Of a stretch of DNA of 43,386 bases, positions 12,111 through 24,219 are shown in pieces. Source of the DNA: Nemertoderma westbladi (lineage: Eukaryota; Animalia; Xenacoelomorpha); NCBI GenBank assembly GCA_032718475.1, contig JAUCBJ010007643.1:1-43386 (forward strand). Reading direction: 5' to 3'. How positions within the stretch are numbered: the stretch's first letter is position 1; each line of letters begins with the position of its first letter. The notes under the pieces are model-generated. The model was not told the DNA's origin, ran no database searches, and was given only the letters and a program-made list of their open reading frames with translations. Made by a program: the position numbers and the translations under genes.

Positions 12111-12625
12111 TTTGCGTTATACGCTACTGTTAAAAGGACATCACGCTACTATATGTATTATTTAATATACGGTATGAGAGCAATATCGCACGAAGCAATG
12201 TCAGTGAGAAGAGGCAAGTCGTTTCCAAGGTCTACCCAGAGCTTGGTTTAGCCGAGACACGAGGATCTGAATTTTGCATTCCTAATACTCTGCTTACCAA
12301 TAATACTTAAATATAGTAGGAGCTTTATTGTACTTTAATAAGTACGGATATTTCATCTTACTGTAGTCACGTATTTATAATATGATACGGACAGTAAGGA
12401 AAGAGAAAAAGAATTATTTCTCGCCGTCGCACTAAATATAATATATAAGTAATTAAGTAATAAACACTAATATATTGCACTAATCTACTAAATAATCGCT
12501 AAAATATCATTCTACTAAATAAAATTAAAGAAAACGATTATAATAAAATTACATAATAATACATACATAAATATAAAATAATAAGAATATAAAATAATAT
12601 GGTCACACACCCACTCCAAACGCTG

Positions 12626-15600
12626 TTACGTTGGGGAGTCCCTAGATGTTTGTTGGATTAGGGAGGTGGTCGTGGGAAGAGTATCTTGCCTTCCATAGTT
12701 TCCGGAGAGTTCTCTGTCCCTTTCCAGTAAACATAAACGACCAACTGGGCGATTGAGCTGCTGTGTCTCGAAGACAATTCCCGGTTTCTTGAAGTTACGT
12801 CGCATGACGACGAGTTCTACTGATCGCACTAAACCGTCATCCGAGATGTGAGTCTCGATGATACGACCTGTCTGCCACCGCTTACGTGGAAGATCTACAT
12901 CCACAATAAGAACCATGTCTCCAGCGCTGACGTTTTCTTGCTGCGCAAACCACTTAGTTCGAAGTTGTAGCGTGGCCAGATAATGTTTTTCGAAATGGTC
13001 AGCGAAACGACGGGATAACAACTGCATGAGTTGCCAAGTTTGCCGGCAGTATTCGTCTCCGTCTGTGATTTCCGATTATGGGAGCATGGCTACAGGCTTC
13101 TTCAGTAGGAAATGCGCGGGTGTTAGCGCTTCCAGGGAATCGGGACTCGATGAGACTGGCATAAGCGGTCTCTCGTTGAGATAGGCGGCGATTTCCTCCA
13201 TTAACGTCCGCAAAAGTTCGTCGGTGAGATACGCGCGGCAAGGCACTATAAAGTGAAATGCGGTCTTCACACTTCTTATTAATCTCTCCCAACTTCATCC
13301 CCACCAAGGGGCTTCGGCGGCGTTGAAGGTCCAGCTAGACGCTGTTACTCGTAGCTGATTGTCCACCTGTCTTTGGTTCCAATCTTTGACGTAAGCTTTG
13401 ATTTCATTGTTGGCACCAATGAAGTTTGTTCCCTTATCAGATCTCATCGTGTTACTAGTGCCAAAGCGAGCGATCTGTCGTCGTAAGCTTAATAGAAAGC
13501 TGTTGGTAGATAAATCGTTCACCATATCGAGATGGATAGCTCTACAAGTCATACAAACAAAGATGACATACCATCTCTTGACTATAGTCCTAGCACGATA
13601 TACTTCAATAGGGCCAAATAAATCTACACCGGTATTAGTAAAGGGTGGTTCATAGAAGCTTACTCTTTCCCTAGGTAATTCTGCCTCTCTCTGTGTTAAA
13701 GGCCTACTGAATGCTTTCCTACAGGGTATGCAGTTCCTAAGAACTTGGTTCAGAGCTCTACGGGGTTTATAAAAATAATAGCGAGTTCGAATTTCGCTAA
13801 GAACTCATTCTCTACCAGCATGATAAAGTTTGCTGTGAACATCTACAATCATCTTGACTTGTATTTCAAGATTTCTAATGAGTATGGGGAACTTAGTGTC
13901 AAAGGATAATGGAGCATTCGTTAATCTTCCTCCAATACGTATCAACCCATCTATCATTGTGCTAGAGAAACGATCCCTTAAGCGCATCTGTGGATTTCTC
14001 AACAACAGGAAATACTTATCGGAATCCTCATAGCATTGCAGGAGTCTCAGCATCTGCTTGTTGGTTTCTTCATGCTCCTGATAACTGATCTTCTCCTTCA
14101 GAAACCTATCGGATATCTTATATTTGGGAAGATCTTTAACAACATGGACCTGCACCGATGTTAGTGGAGTGGTATCACTTTTGGTCTTCATTCCGGAGTA
14201 GTGATGGTGAAAACATCTTTTTAAATATGTAACGGCCTTACAGAGCCGATTCCAGAAACTGTAGTGATGTATCGCTCTCTGCAGGAGAGGTGAGAGTCCT
14301 TGCGAGACGTCTGGTATTCCAGATTTCCAATCCTTCTCATGGATTTCCACAACAAGTTTATTTGTGGCTGTGGGTTTCTGATCCAAAGTGTCGTCTCCGG
14401 AAGTATGTAGTACAGACAGATCTACCATGGGTTTGAATAACTTCGATTTACTCGCCCGAGTTTTAGGTTTGACTTTCTCCGCTCCCTTGGCCTGTCTAAT
14501 CTCTGCTGTAGTAAGATGAGGAGGCCATTCTTCTTCTTCTTTGTAGAGGAAGTTGGGTCCACCTAACCAGTCTGGAGTATCTACCTTTTCTTGTGGAGTT
14601 GCTCCCCTGGAGGCGATGTCTGCTGGATTAATCGTTCCGGGGCAATGTCTCCATTGATCCATCGTTGTGCGACTGAGTATAATGGCTACTCTGTTGGTAA
14701 CGAAGACGCTGAATTGACAGACTTCATTAGTTATATACTCCAACACGAGTAAAGCATCGGTCCAATAGACAGTTTTCTCCAGTGGATAGTCGATCTGTTC
14801 TGTTACATTCCGGCCGATGGCTGTAGCGTATAGAGCCGCTTTTAACTCTGCTCGAGGAACTTTCAACTTATTGTTTATCAATGCCTTAGAGGTAACCAAG
14901 GCGACTTTGATTCCGTCCAGAGTTTCCACCCTTAGGTAGGCTACTATACCTATTCCCATATCGCTGGCGTCTCCAAACACATGAAGTTGATAGGAATACG
15001 TAGGGAGAACATGACCAAAATATGAATGGGAAATTATAAAGTTCTCGATGGCTGGTAGAGAATCTTCCCATTTCATCCACTTCTTTAATAATTCTTCCCT
15101 TAAGTGGATCGTCCCATGAGTGGTTTTCAAGCCACATTTGTTGTACTAAACTCCGAGCAATCAATATAACTGGGCTAATAAATCCCAATGGATCGAAATA
15201 AGTGCTCAGGATACTTAAACAAATCCGTTTAGTCCGAACTGGATTATCTCGCTGTTTTAGTTGGAAAAACAGGATATCTCTTTCTGTGTCCCATTTCAAA
15301 CCAAGGGTCTTAGTTTCTGGGAGATCATCTTTTATTAGATCTAGGTCTTTCGCTCCTCGATCTTCTACCGGGATCGACTCCAGAAACTCACGGGAGTTGC
15401 TGGTGAATTTAGTTAATCGAAATCCACCTCTTTTTAAGCACTCTACCGTTCCTTTAGCGACGTCAATGGCTTCTTCGACTGATGGAAGGGACTTTAGATT
15501 ATCGTCCATGTATATATCCCGCTTGATGTTGTCAATCACCTCTTTAGAGAAGGCTTCTCGAGAAGGCTTCATCTGCAGTGGTGCGCACCACTGAACAGGC

Positions 15601-18600
15601 GTTTGAAGGGCTTGAGATTATCCCAAAAGCCTGGATGGTCATCCAGTACTCCACCGGTTTCTGGTTGAGGTCTCCTTCAGGCCACCACAGAAATCGTAGG
15701 CTATCTCGATCCCTATCCAGCGCCTTGACTTGTAAGAACATGCCTTCTATATCTGAGGCGAAAGCAATTGAATATTGTCTTAATCTTAAGAGTATTCCCA
15801 ACAAGGATTGGAGTAAGTTGGGTCCGGGTAACAATTCGGAATTAAGGGATTGGCCCATATAGAGGGTGGAGCCGTCAAACACCACTCGTACCTCATGGGG
15901 TTTACCAGGTTTGGGAACGTAATGGTGAGTTAAATAATACGTTCTCTCAGTTATAGGTGTTTCTTCCGGTACTAGCTCCGCATATCCCTTGCTAATAAAT
16001 TTCTTCAACTGCGTTTGATACATTTCTTTAGCTGAAGAATTTGCCGTAAGGCATCGATGTAGTTGAGCAATTCTTTTCTCCGCCAAGGGTCTGTTGTTTA
16101 CGAACTTTGGTTCTCGCTTTCGGAAAGGTAGACCGATCTCATATCTACCTTGATCTTTAAGAAAACGTGTAGTTGTCTCTTGGATCTGCTTGGCTCTTTC
16201 TTCCTCTACCGATAGGGCCTTATCGTAGGAATTGGGCTCTACAGCCTCTTGAGTAAAGAATCGTACGGCGTGTTCATCCCGAGTCTTGGCATTATAACGT
16301 TCAATGACGTCATTAAGTTCGTCGTTATAGTCGTCTCGTTCTGATGGAAAAAGGAGCTGACATAAGTGCACTTGGTTTTGCCAAGTCTCGTTTTCCTTAA
16401 GGAGATCTATGGTATTCTCCTCATCGAAAAGTTGGTGGACATTGTCATTATCTGAGGAGTATGGTGTTCCCTCAGTTGGATCGTCTAACTCACTGCTCTC
16501 GACTTCCCATTTTCTTACCTGATATACCTGGTCTTTCAGTAATCTTTCCATGAGAGTTCTACGGGAAGGGCCAGTAAAGTACCAACCCACTCTAGTTCTT
16601 CCCGCATAAGCTTGTAGTGGTTGCGGTTGAGCAGGCCGTTTCTCCAATGTCTCGAGCGCTTCATGCGCGTTTTGACCGATGAGTATTTGCACTCCAGGGT
16701 AATCGGTGTTGAATCTAGGTATTTCCAGCTGCTGGGTGAAATCGTCCTCATCCCAGTTATAAGGTTCCACTTGGGTGGTGGCGAAGTTCTTTATCGCCAC
16801 CATTTTTACTGACCTTATACTATGTTCTCCTAGTTCATCCTGGGGGGTGGACAACGCACCTACATAATAATCCGCTATTACTGTAGATTTCCAAACCTGC
16901 ATAATTCCTGACATGTTTAGCTTAGTTCGGAACTTGGGTTGTCCAGCAAAGATGTCTTCGGCTAGTTCTTTGTTGATGAATGTTCTTGTACTACCGGAGT
17001 CAAGGAGGGCGTTCACTACATAACTCCTTTTAGGTCCGTGGACCCTTACCTGTACTACAGGAAATTCTCGGATTCCTACATTGGAAGGTGGCGCTTTCCA
17101 AGATGGTTGTCGATCAGAAGTAGTTAGGGTGAGGTCGCTGTCTGTGTCTTTTTCATACATAAGTGCTCGATACACTGCGGTATTTATCATGTAACAGGAT
17201 TCATCTTCGTCAGAGAATTCATCTGTATAGAATCCTTCCATCTCAGAACTTTGGTCAGTGTCGTTCACATCACTGAATTGGACATGTAGTTCGGAATCAC
17301 TTACCTGACTCTGGCTGTTTCGCTCAAATTCAGTGTGCAACAAGATATGATGTTTCGCACCACACTTTGCACACCTTGTGTCGGAGTAACAGGTTCGCCG
17401 TTGGTGTCCTTGTCTGAGGCAATTATAACACAACCGCTTATCCCACATGACTTCTCGTCTCTCCGTTAATGATTTCTTCAGGAATTCATCACACATATTC
17501 AAACGGTGGGTCCCGTCACATAACGCACATTTCGGTTTGATGTTACTTACTTTATTTTGAATAACATTGTGCACACTCGTTCTTTCTTCGGGCTTTCTCA
17601 CCTGAATTCTCTTGGGAGACGTAGGAGGAGTTTTTCTTATCTGTTCTCTCCTGTCATTGGTTCGAGACTTGAATTTACTTACCTGTTCTTTAGGCGTTTT
17701 ATTGACATAATAAGATCTTTCAGTGTCTTTCCCGCTATCCTCTCCTTGAGAAGTCTGGCTTTCGCCGTCGTCTGTATAACACACTGGTGTTACCTTTCTC
17801 CTAGAAACGGGTTTCTCACTTACCTTGTTTTCCGGTGTCTTCTCTCTGGACTGTTTTAGGAGCTGTAATTTCGCTTCTCCATCTAAGAATGACATGAGAT
17901 CAGCCATGGTAGGGTCTCGTCGTTGTTGTTCCATCATATATAACACTTTCTTATCCCAGCGTGTACCTACTCCACCCTTCGGTAAAGTAGAAGCCACGGC
18001 TCCAATAACCATAGAACTCTGATATTCATGAGACTTACCTAACCAATCTAATTGTCTACAGATCTCTTGAATCTCATCGGAAAACTCTATTATCCCGCTG
18101 CTAATGAACTTTCGGGGCGCTACTAATTTTGCATACAAATATTTAGCTATGTTATTCCTATTACCATACCTGATGTTTAGTGTATCCCAAACTTGTCTTA
18201 ATCCGTCTGGATGTCCAATAAACTTTAACGCCATTAACTTGGGAGATCCTTCCAAGCACTCGATGAGGAATCTAAGTTTCTCTCCATTAGATAGTACAGA
18301 GTTCTGTATGTTATCTTTATAATATTCATTAAAAGGTAACCATTTCATCTCATCTCCATTGAACTTGACTATCTCCTCCCACCTTTACCGCTTGACGGGC
18401 TTCGGTTCTAGCCATTTGACGCGTAAAGCTTTCTTGGGCCATCGTGTTATTTAATATCGAGTTATCGGTATATAAATTTCTCGGATTATGATCAGGTCTA
18501 TAGGGAATATCATTATCAACAGGTCTATAATTACCCTTAATAGGGTTCACTATAGGAATTTCTACTTCGCTAGCAGTATATATGCGTGTAGGCTCCACAC

Positions 18601-20736
18601 CTTCCGCATGAAATACTACAGACCTAACAGGTTGACACATTGTTACCGGGGTTGGTGGTATACCCTTTTGTGTATTTACTAATTTATCGCGTTCTAACGC
18701 TATACTTTGCTGCACTTCTTGCAACTCTAACCTACTCTCTCTAATTGTTCCCTTTAACTGCTGCACAGTTCCCTCCATCTCCTGGGCCTGCTGAGAGGAG
18801 CGAGAATGTTGTTCCCTCAGCTGTCCGAGCAGGAGACCCATCTCCCGTCGTCCCTCATCTACCCACTCGACCGCCGAAGCGGGAGGCGCCAACGTTGTAG
18901 CGGGCGGACGAAGGACAACGGGTGACAAGTCATGAATATTTCGCTCGGAGTCCAGGACAGGAACAATTTCAGGGGTGGTTCTGTGGGGCACAGGTAGCTT
19001 CGTGCTGTGCAGAGGGAATTTAGAGGTAGGTTCAGGGAGTACAGGTGTCTCTATCACCGAAGGGGTGGCTTCGAGAACAGGCCTAATTATTTCAGGCTCA
19101 TCTACTATAGTAGGGAGTCTTTCTATGTTAATTATTTGGTCTATGGGTTCTGTACTACCTAAGTCTGTGCTAGCTAGTTGCCTTCTAACAGCTGGGGGCA
19201 AATCAGGCATTTCTGACGGTGGGACATTCTTTTACGTCTGCTTAGGCGAGATCGATTTCCTCCGCCTTCAGGATCGGTGGTATCGCCTTCCTCAGATGAT
19301 GTATATCCCTGTCTTTTGGGAGTTGATCGACTCATCATCTGCATATTACTAGCTGTTAACTGTTTATTAAAGTTGTCTTGCCTCTCTTGAAGATTTTCCA
19401 ACTCTAGTTGGGTTGTCTCTTCAGATGCCCTCCGTTCTGCTTCTGCCACTGCCTCTGCCACTGCCGCTTTTCTTTCCGCTTCTGCCGCTGCCACTGCTGC
19501 TGCCACTGCCGCTTTTCTTTCCGCTTCTGCCGCTGCCACTGCTGCTGCCACTGCCGCTGTCTTTCTATCTTCTATACGTTTTTTCTTTACTTGTTCTTCT
19601 TGAACCTTAGCGATGTGGATGCTTTCATCAAATTTAGCTTGGTTCGCAGCTATCCTATCCACATCGATTGCGTCCAACACAAGCTTGGCTCCTTCACTTT
19701 TAGGGCTAAGTCTCTCTAGTCTTCTCCTCAACTCTTCATCTCCTACAAAACGTTGATAGTCCGACAGATAGATGTCAATAGCATCCCTCTTATGCGGTTT
19801 CTCTGCTGTCGCTTCACTTTCCACTTGGGAAAATGTAGCGTCTGTTGATTCTCCATGGGTTGAGCGCTCATCCAGTTGAACTTTCCACTGAGCCGTTCCT
19901 TGAACCTGGAGACTCACCCGTTGAAACCAAGTCTTTACGGCAACTTGCAACAACGTGTCTTGACTTCTTTTAGAAGCCTCCTCAAAGGCCGATAAGATTA
20001 GCCTGATTCGCAGAATTCTTTCTCTAACTTGATAAAGCAGCTGTCCCTGCACTTGAGGTCCTTGGGGTTGTTGAAACAGTTATTCCTTTAATCGCTCCAT
20101 AGAGCTGAAGAATCCCTGTACGTATCCGGCTGCGGACCTCTTCCACACAGCTGGATCGATGGTTTCCTTGGTTACTCCCATCCTATGTATGTCTTCCCAG
20201 GCAGCTTCTGATAAATCAAACGGGAGTCCGGGTCCAGGGAAGTTCCATTGCGACTCGACAATAGACTTCAGTTCTTCCCTTGTGTATCCCGCATAACTAT
20301 CTTTAGTCGATCGCTTATTTCTCGCCCAATCGATCTGGTGTTCTTCCACCGCAATCAATAACCTAGTGAGTACGGCTGCAGGAAGGATGAGAAGGGGATC
20401 CGAATAAACCGCATCCGTCATCTTTGCTCCGCGCTCGGGTGTCAGCTCTACAGTATCCTCACTACTGGAGCTGTCGGGCCGTTGAGAAATAAGTACTTGG
20501 CTCGCGGGTTGTTGCTGTTCCGCTGCTTCTTGGTCCCGCTTGACCTGAGCTCGAGTGCCTATGATAGACCTACGATGTTGGACTAGCCTAGGGTCTGATA
20601 TTACTACGGGAGGGATGATCTTTCTTACAGTAGGAGGTGAGTTGAACTTCGGTCCTACACGTTCCACACTCCTGTCTGGGTCACATATGGTTGTATCTAG
20701 GAGACTGTCTGACAGGTTTTGCTTTGTGTCAGACAT
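12626..20736 (-). pseudogene. BEL/Pao gag-pol polyprotein, disabled
   Basis: KFNGDEMKWLPF (Gag core); knuckles CALCDGTHRLNMC, CYNCLRQGHQRRTC, CAKCGAKHHILLH; protease LLDSGS; RT YMDD; RNase H FGDAS/WTD/NPADIASRG; integrase HAG...CIPC, GVDLFGP, SDKGTNF, WERL. In-frame stops at 20080, 13805, 13295, 13076; frameshifts near 19240, 18380, 15580, 15095. Confidence 0.95.
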
Positions 20737-20870
20737 GTTGATTTGCACAGTTGAATGCCTACTGCTATGTTACAGTTAAAGCAAATCTAGTAATTCAGTA
20801 TCAACTGATAGCCTAGTAATTAATTACCGATATCGTCACTAAATGTAACTTGATATATATATAATATATT

Positions 20871-21237
20871 AGAATACCGGTATGCTTATAGTATATATAT
20901 AAGTATTATTACAGACTAGGTTTGTCACAGAATACCGGTATATAATTCCAGCACAAATATATATAAATATATAATAGGCCTATCGTGGATACCGGTATGC
21001 AGTTTACACTTATAGTATATATAAGTATAATTATTAACTAGAATTAATTACAGAATACCGGTATAATTTCAGCCTAAATCTATAAATATATAATAGGCCT
21101 CTCGTGAATACCGGTATACAGCTTACACTTATAGTATATATAAGTATAATTATTAACTAGAATTAATTACAGAATACCGGTATAATTTCAGCCTAAATCT
21201 GTAAATATATAATAGGCCTATCGTGAATACCGGTATA
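20871..21237. repeat. ~119-bp tandem repeat (three copies) with seven ATACCGGTAT palindromes in the element's 5' leader
   Basis: Palindromes start at 20874, 20932, 20989, 21055, 21108, 21174 and 21227. Confidence 0.92.
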
Positions 21238-22190
21238 TCAATTATTTTTAGAATAATTGAATTTCTGAAATTTTAGGGGTTACTTGGTTACTTTGCTTTA
21301 CTCTATTACCGTTATTTGAGCAGTAGTCCAACTGATATTTAGACCTAATTGATGTATGGCAGGCCTACTATTTATAAATCGTTTGAGTTGATTTATAATA
21401 TATCTATACCCGTTAAAATGGGTTTTTGTCAATATTTGAAATAAATGTTATTATTTCTGGGGGAGTCACTACACAGAAGCTGTGCGCTCTCAGTGAAGTG
21501 CTACTTGTTGGACACTAAAACAAATAATTCTAATTTACCTAAGTTACTTAATACTACAAATTACGTACAATTCGGGGTGAGATTACAATCTCTAAATAAA
21601 CACAAAAATTACAAGTACGAATTTTTAGGGTATTTTTACAAGAAGTCTACTAACCAGCCAAACAAAGGGTTAGAATATCTGGTTATTACAACGGACAGGT
21701 TACTACGGTATTTGAAAATAATAAGTAGTAGTAAATATACTGCGTTGTCCAGATAGAAAAATACCACCGTCTGACGACTTATAGCCGTGGCGCTATAAGT
21801 ACTACGTTATGTATCACGGAGTGTTCCTACCTAGAAGTTAATTACCGCGGTCTACCAGAACCAACGTGCCTATTAACCACTTTACAACACAAATATACTG
21901 CCTACACACTAATCACCTTCGGAAAGCACTGTACACTAAACCCTAAATTAGTTACAAGTACTTATATAACAAATAATCAATAGTTAAAAATACTTGAACA
22001 GCCAAAAGAACCACGGTATCTGCTGGAGTGACCGGGGCACAAAATCACCAGTCTTTACCTACGCCAAGCAGCCCTGATGTAGTACCGGGGTTAGTTTAAC
22101 TATAACGGTATATATAACAAGCACAATTACTGTAGGAATAAACTTGGGGATATGAATGTTGCGAATAATCGCATAAACTCTGAATAATAA

Positions 22191-22760
22191 ATATTACGCT
22201 ACGCGTACAGACTACTCAAACAAAATGCAGACCAAATACTGACAGACTACTATCAAGCCCAAACAAACTACGGTATATGCAGACTCCGAAATGGTTAGTT
22301 AGTATGCGTTCTAACCGAGTAGTACGACTTATTCTTTCGAGGGGGTTTACCTCACAGCTCTGGAAGCCCCTACGTTCCCAACTGGCACTTTATCGGACAT
22401 ACACTCTACACACACCGAAATCTCTCAAGATCTAACAACAGCCAGACAAAATCCAGCCTACAAATTATCTAAATAAGAAATATTACGCTACCCGTACAAA
22501 CTACACAAACCAAGTACAGACCAAACGCTGGCAGACTACTATCAAGCCTAAATAAACTACAGTATATGCAGACTCCGAAATGGTTAGTTAGTATGCGTTC
22601 TAACCCAGTAGTACGACTTATTCTTTCGAGGGGGTTCACCTCACAGCACTGGCAGCCCCTACTTTCCTAACTAGTACTTTTTCGGACATACGCTCTACAC
22701 ACACTACAGTCCCTTCAGACTTAACAACAGTCAGACAACAGTCCAGCCTACAAATTGTCT
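22191..22760. repeat. Two-copy 289-bp tandem repeat in the element's 5' leader
   Basis: ATATTACGCTAC starts at 22191 and 22480; the central ~100 bp is nearly identical and the flanks are more diverged. Confidence 0.92.
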
Positions 22761-23018
22761 GTACAATCTGAGCAGGCTTACACGCCTTCTGCTCAATATT
22801 AGCCTACAAATAAATAAAACTGACAGAAATAGGCCTAAGTAAAATCCCAATAAAAACCAGGCGTCCCCGATTAATTATTAAGACCTACTGGTATATAATA
22901 ATCAAAATCGAATAATACTGCTGTACCTGTACTGCTGTAGGTACTAGTCCGGGTGGTTAGGTAGTCAGGCCTACTGGGTACCGGTTGGCCGGTACTTCAG
23001 CTTTATTGCCTACTGCAA

Positions 23019-23039
23019 TACAGAAGCTATATCTGTTAT
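23019..23039 (-). promoter_or_regulatory. Non-canonical primer-binding site complementary to the element's own LTR
   Basis: Element strand reads ATAACAGATATAGCTTCTGTA (no TGG); it forms an inverted repeat with 23779-23799. Confidence 0.7.
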
Positions 23040-24219
23040 TGTTCGCGCTTTCAGACCTTTAGCAGTTTAACCTGCTAAATTGGGATGTCTCTTAGATGAT
23101 AGATCGTCTTTAGCCTATGACAAGTATTTGATACACTACATTAGCCGAAGCCAGTCTATGCGTGATCATTCACCCGCTGGATATACCCGGGAGACTGGAT
23201 TCAGAAGCCTAACCGTATTGCGGGGTAGGCCTACTGTATTATTCGACTGATCGTAATATATAATCTCTGACAAATATTATTCACTTTCGGGAAATATTAA
23301 CAGTTCCTTTAGGACGTGGCGCTCTAAATATGTAAACAGAGTTATGACTTAAACTAGACACAATGGGATGGCTATAGATTCACGTATATGGCGCATTCTT
23401 TAGGAGATGCTTTGTTATCAGTCACAATCATACACAATACTGCACAATGCTGCACACTGATCTGCCGACCTTCACTAATTTTAGTCACATATAAAGAGAA
23501 CAACAGACAATACATGTAGGGCCTATAAAATAGCATTAGATTCACTTCAAACCACTTAATGTAAGTCGCAATCGTTATATGTAACCGGTCTCTCTAACCT
23601 TTAGTATATCAAGAAGATTGGGGTGTCTGATTATTTATCAGTGTTCCAAATATAATATTCCATCAACAAATATAATGAATAACCGACAGTAAATAGCAGT
23701 ACAAAGTTTAAGGTGTGAATGGTTATGAATGCAGTGAGTTTCGTTATGATTTGGTATGATTAGTTAAGGTTCGGATTGATAACAGATATACGTTCTATAA
23801 TTAAGCCCACCAATGTTGGGCTAAAGACCGAAACACGGAGGTTCCAAAGCCGGTGTTGTAGGCTGTGGACAAAATCACATACTGACTCAACTCCACGAGT
23901 TTCTATATACAATCTCTAACTCAGAGGCAAAAAACGCTCTGATTGGTCGACCGAACAAAGAAGGAACAGGGAACAACGAAAAGCTCCAGTGTACAGCACC
24001 AGCTGTTAGCCGTCGTCACGGCAGCTACACTGTTTCAAGAGGATCCGGCGCATTGCGTCACAGAACTGCCAATCATGTCCGCCAAAGCACACATACAGAA
24101 GAAATGGCTCCCATATCCTCCAAAACACCAGTACAGCAAGGACACGGCCCCTTATGCCTGTTAAACCAACTACAACTTTACGGGGAAAACAACCGGCCAA
24201 TTCCGCAAAAGCCTTTACA
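23040..24219 (-). repeat. 5' LTR (1180 bp)
   Basis: TGTAAAGG...CGCGAACA on the element strand; direct repeat of 8198-9382. Confidence 0.97.
23880..23949 (-). promoter_or_regulatory. Putative LTR promoter (CCAAT, TATA-like, Inr)
   Basis: Element strand: CCAATCAG (~23946), TATATAG (23909), TCAGT initiator (A at 23883). Confidence 0.5.

Larger units (their letters stand above)
8198..24219 (-). mobile_element. Full-length BEL/Pao LTR retrotransposon (16,022 bp) in GPCR intron 1
   Basis: Two ~1.18-kb LTRs, TG...CA outer termini, GTATC duplication (8193-8197, 24220-24224), and gag-PR-RT-RH-IN order with the triple Cys/His knuckle typical of BEL/Pao Gag. Confidence 0.97.

Noticed and set aside
15090-19260. 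Programmed frameshifting in gag-pol
   Set aside because: The breaks fall within Gag and RT/RNase H regions rather than at a gag/pol boundary, and their number fits post-insertion decay or sequencing error.
20871-21237. CRISPR-like look of regularly spaced palindromes
   Set aside because: The spacers themselves repeat, the repeat is only ~10-12 bp, the context is eukaryotic and there are no cas genes.
22335-22357. Hammerhead-like CUGUGAGG...CCUCGAAA on the minus strand in both leader repeats
   Set aside because: The core lacks the invariant CUGANGA, and I could not build stems I and III.
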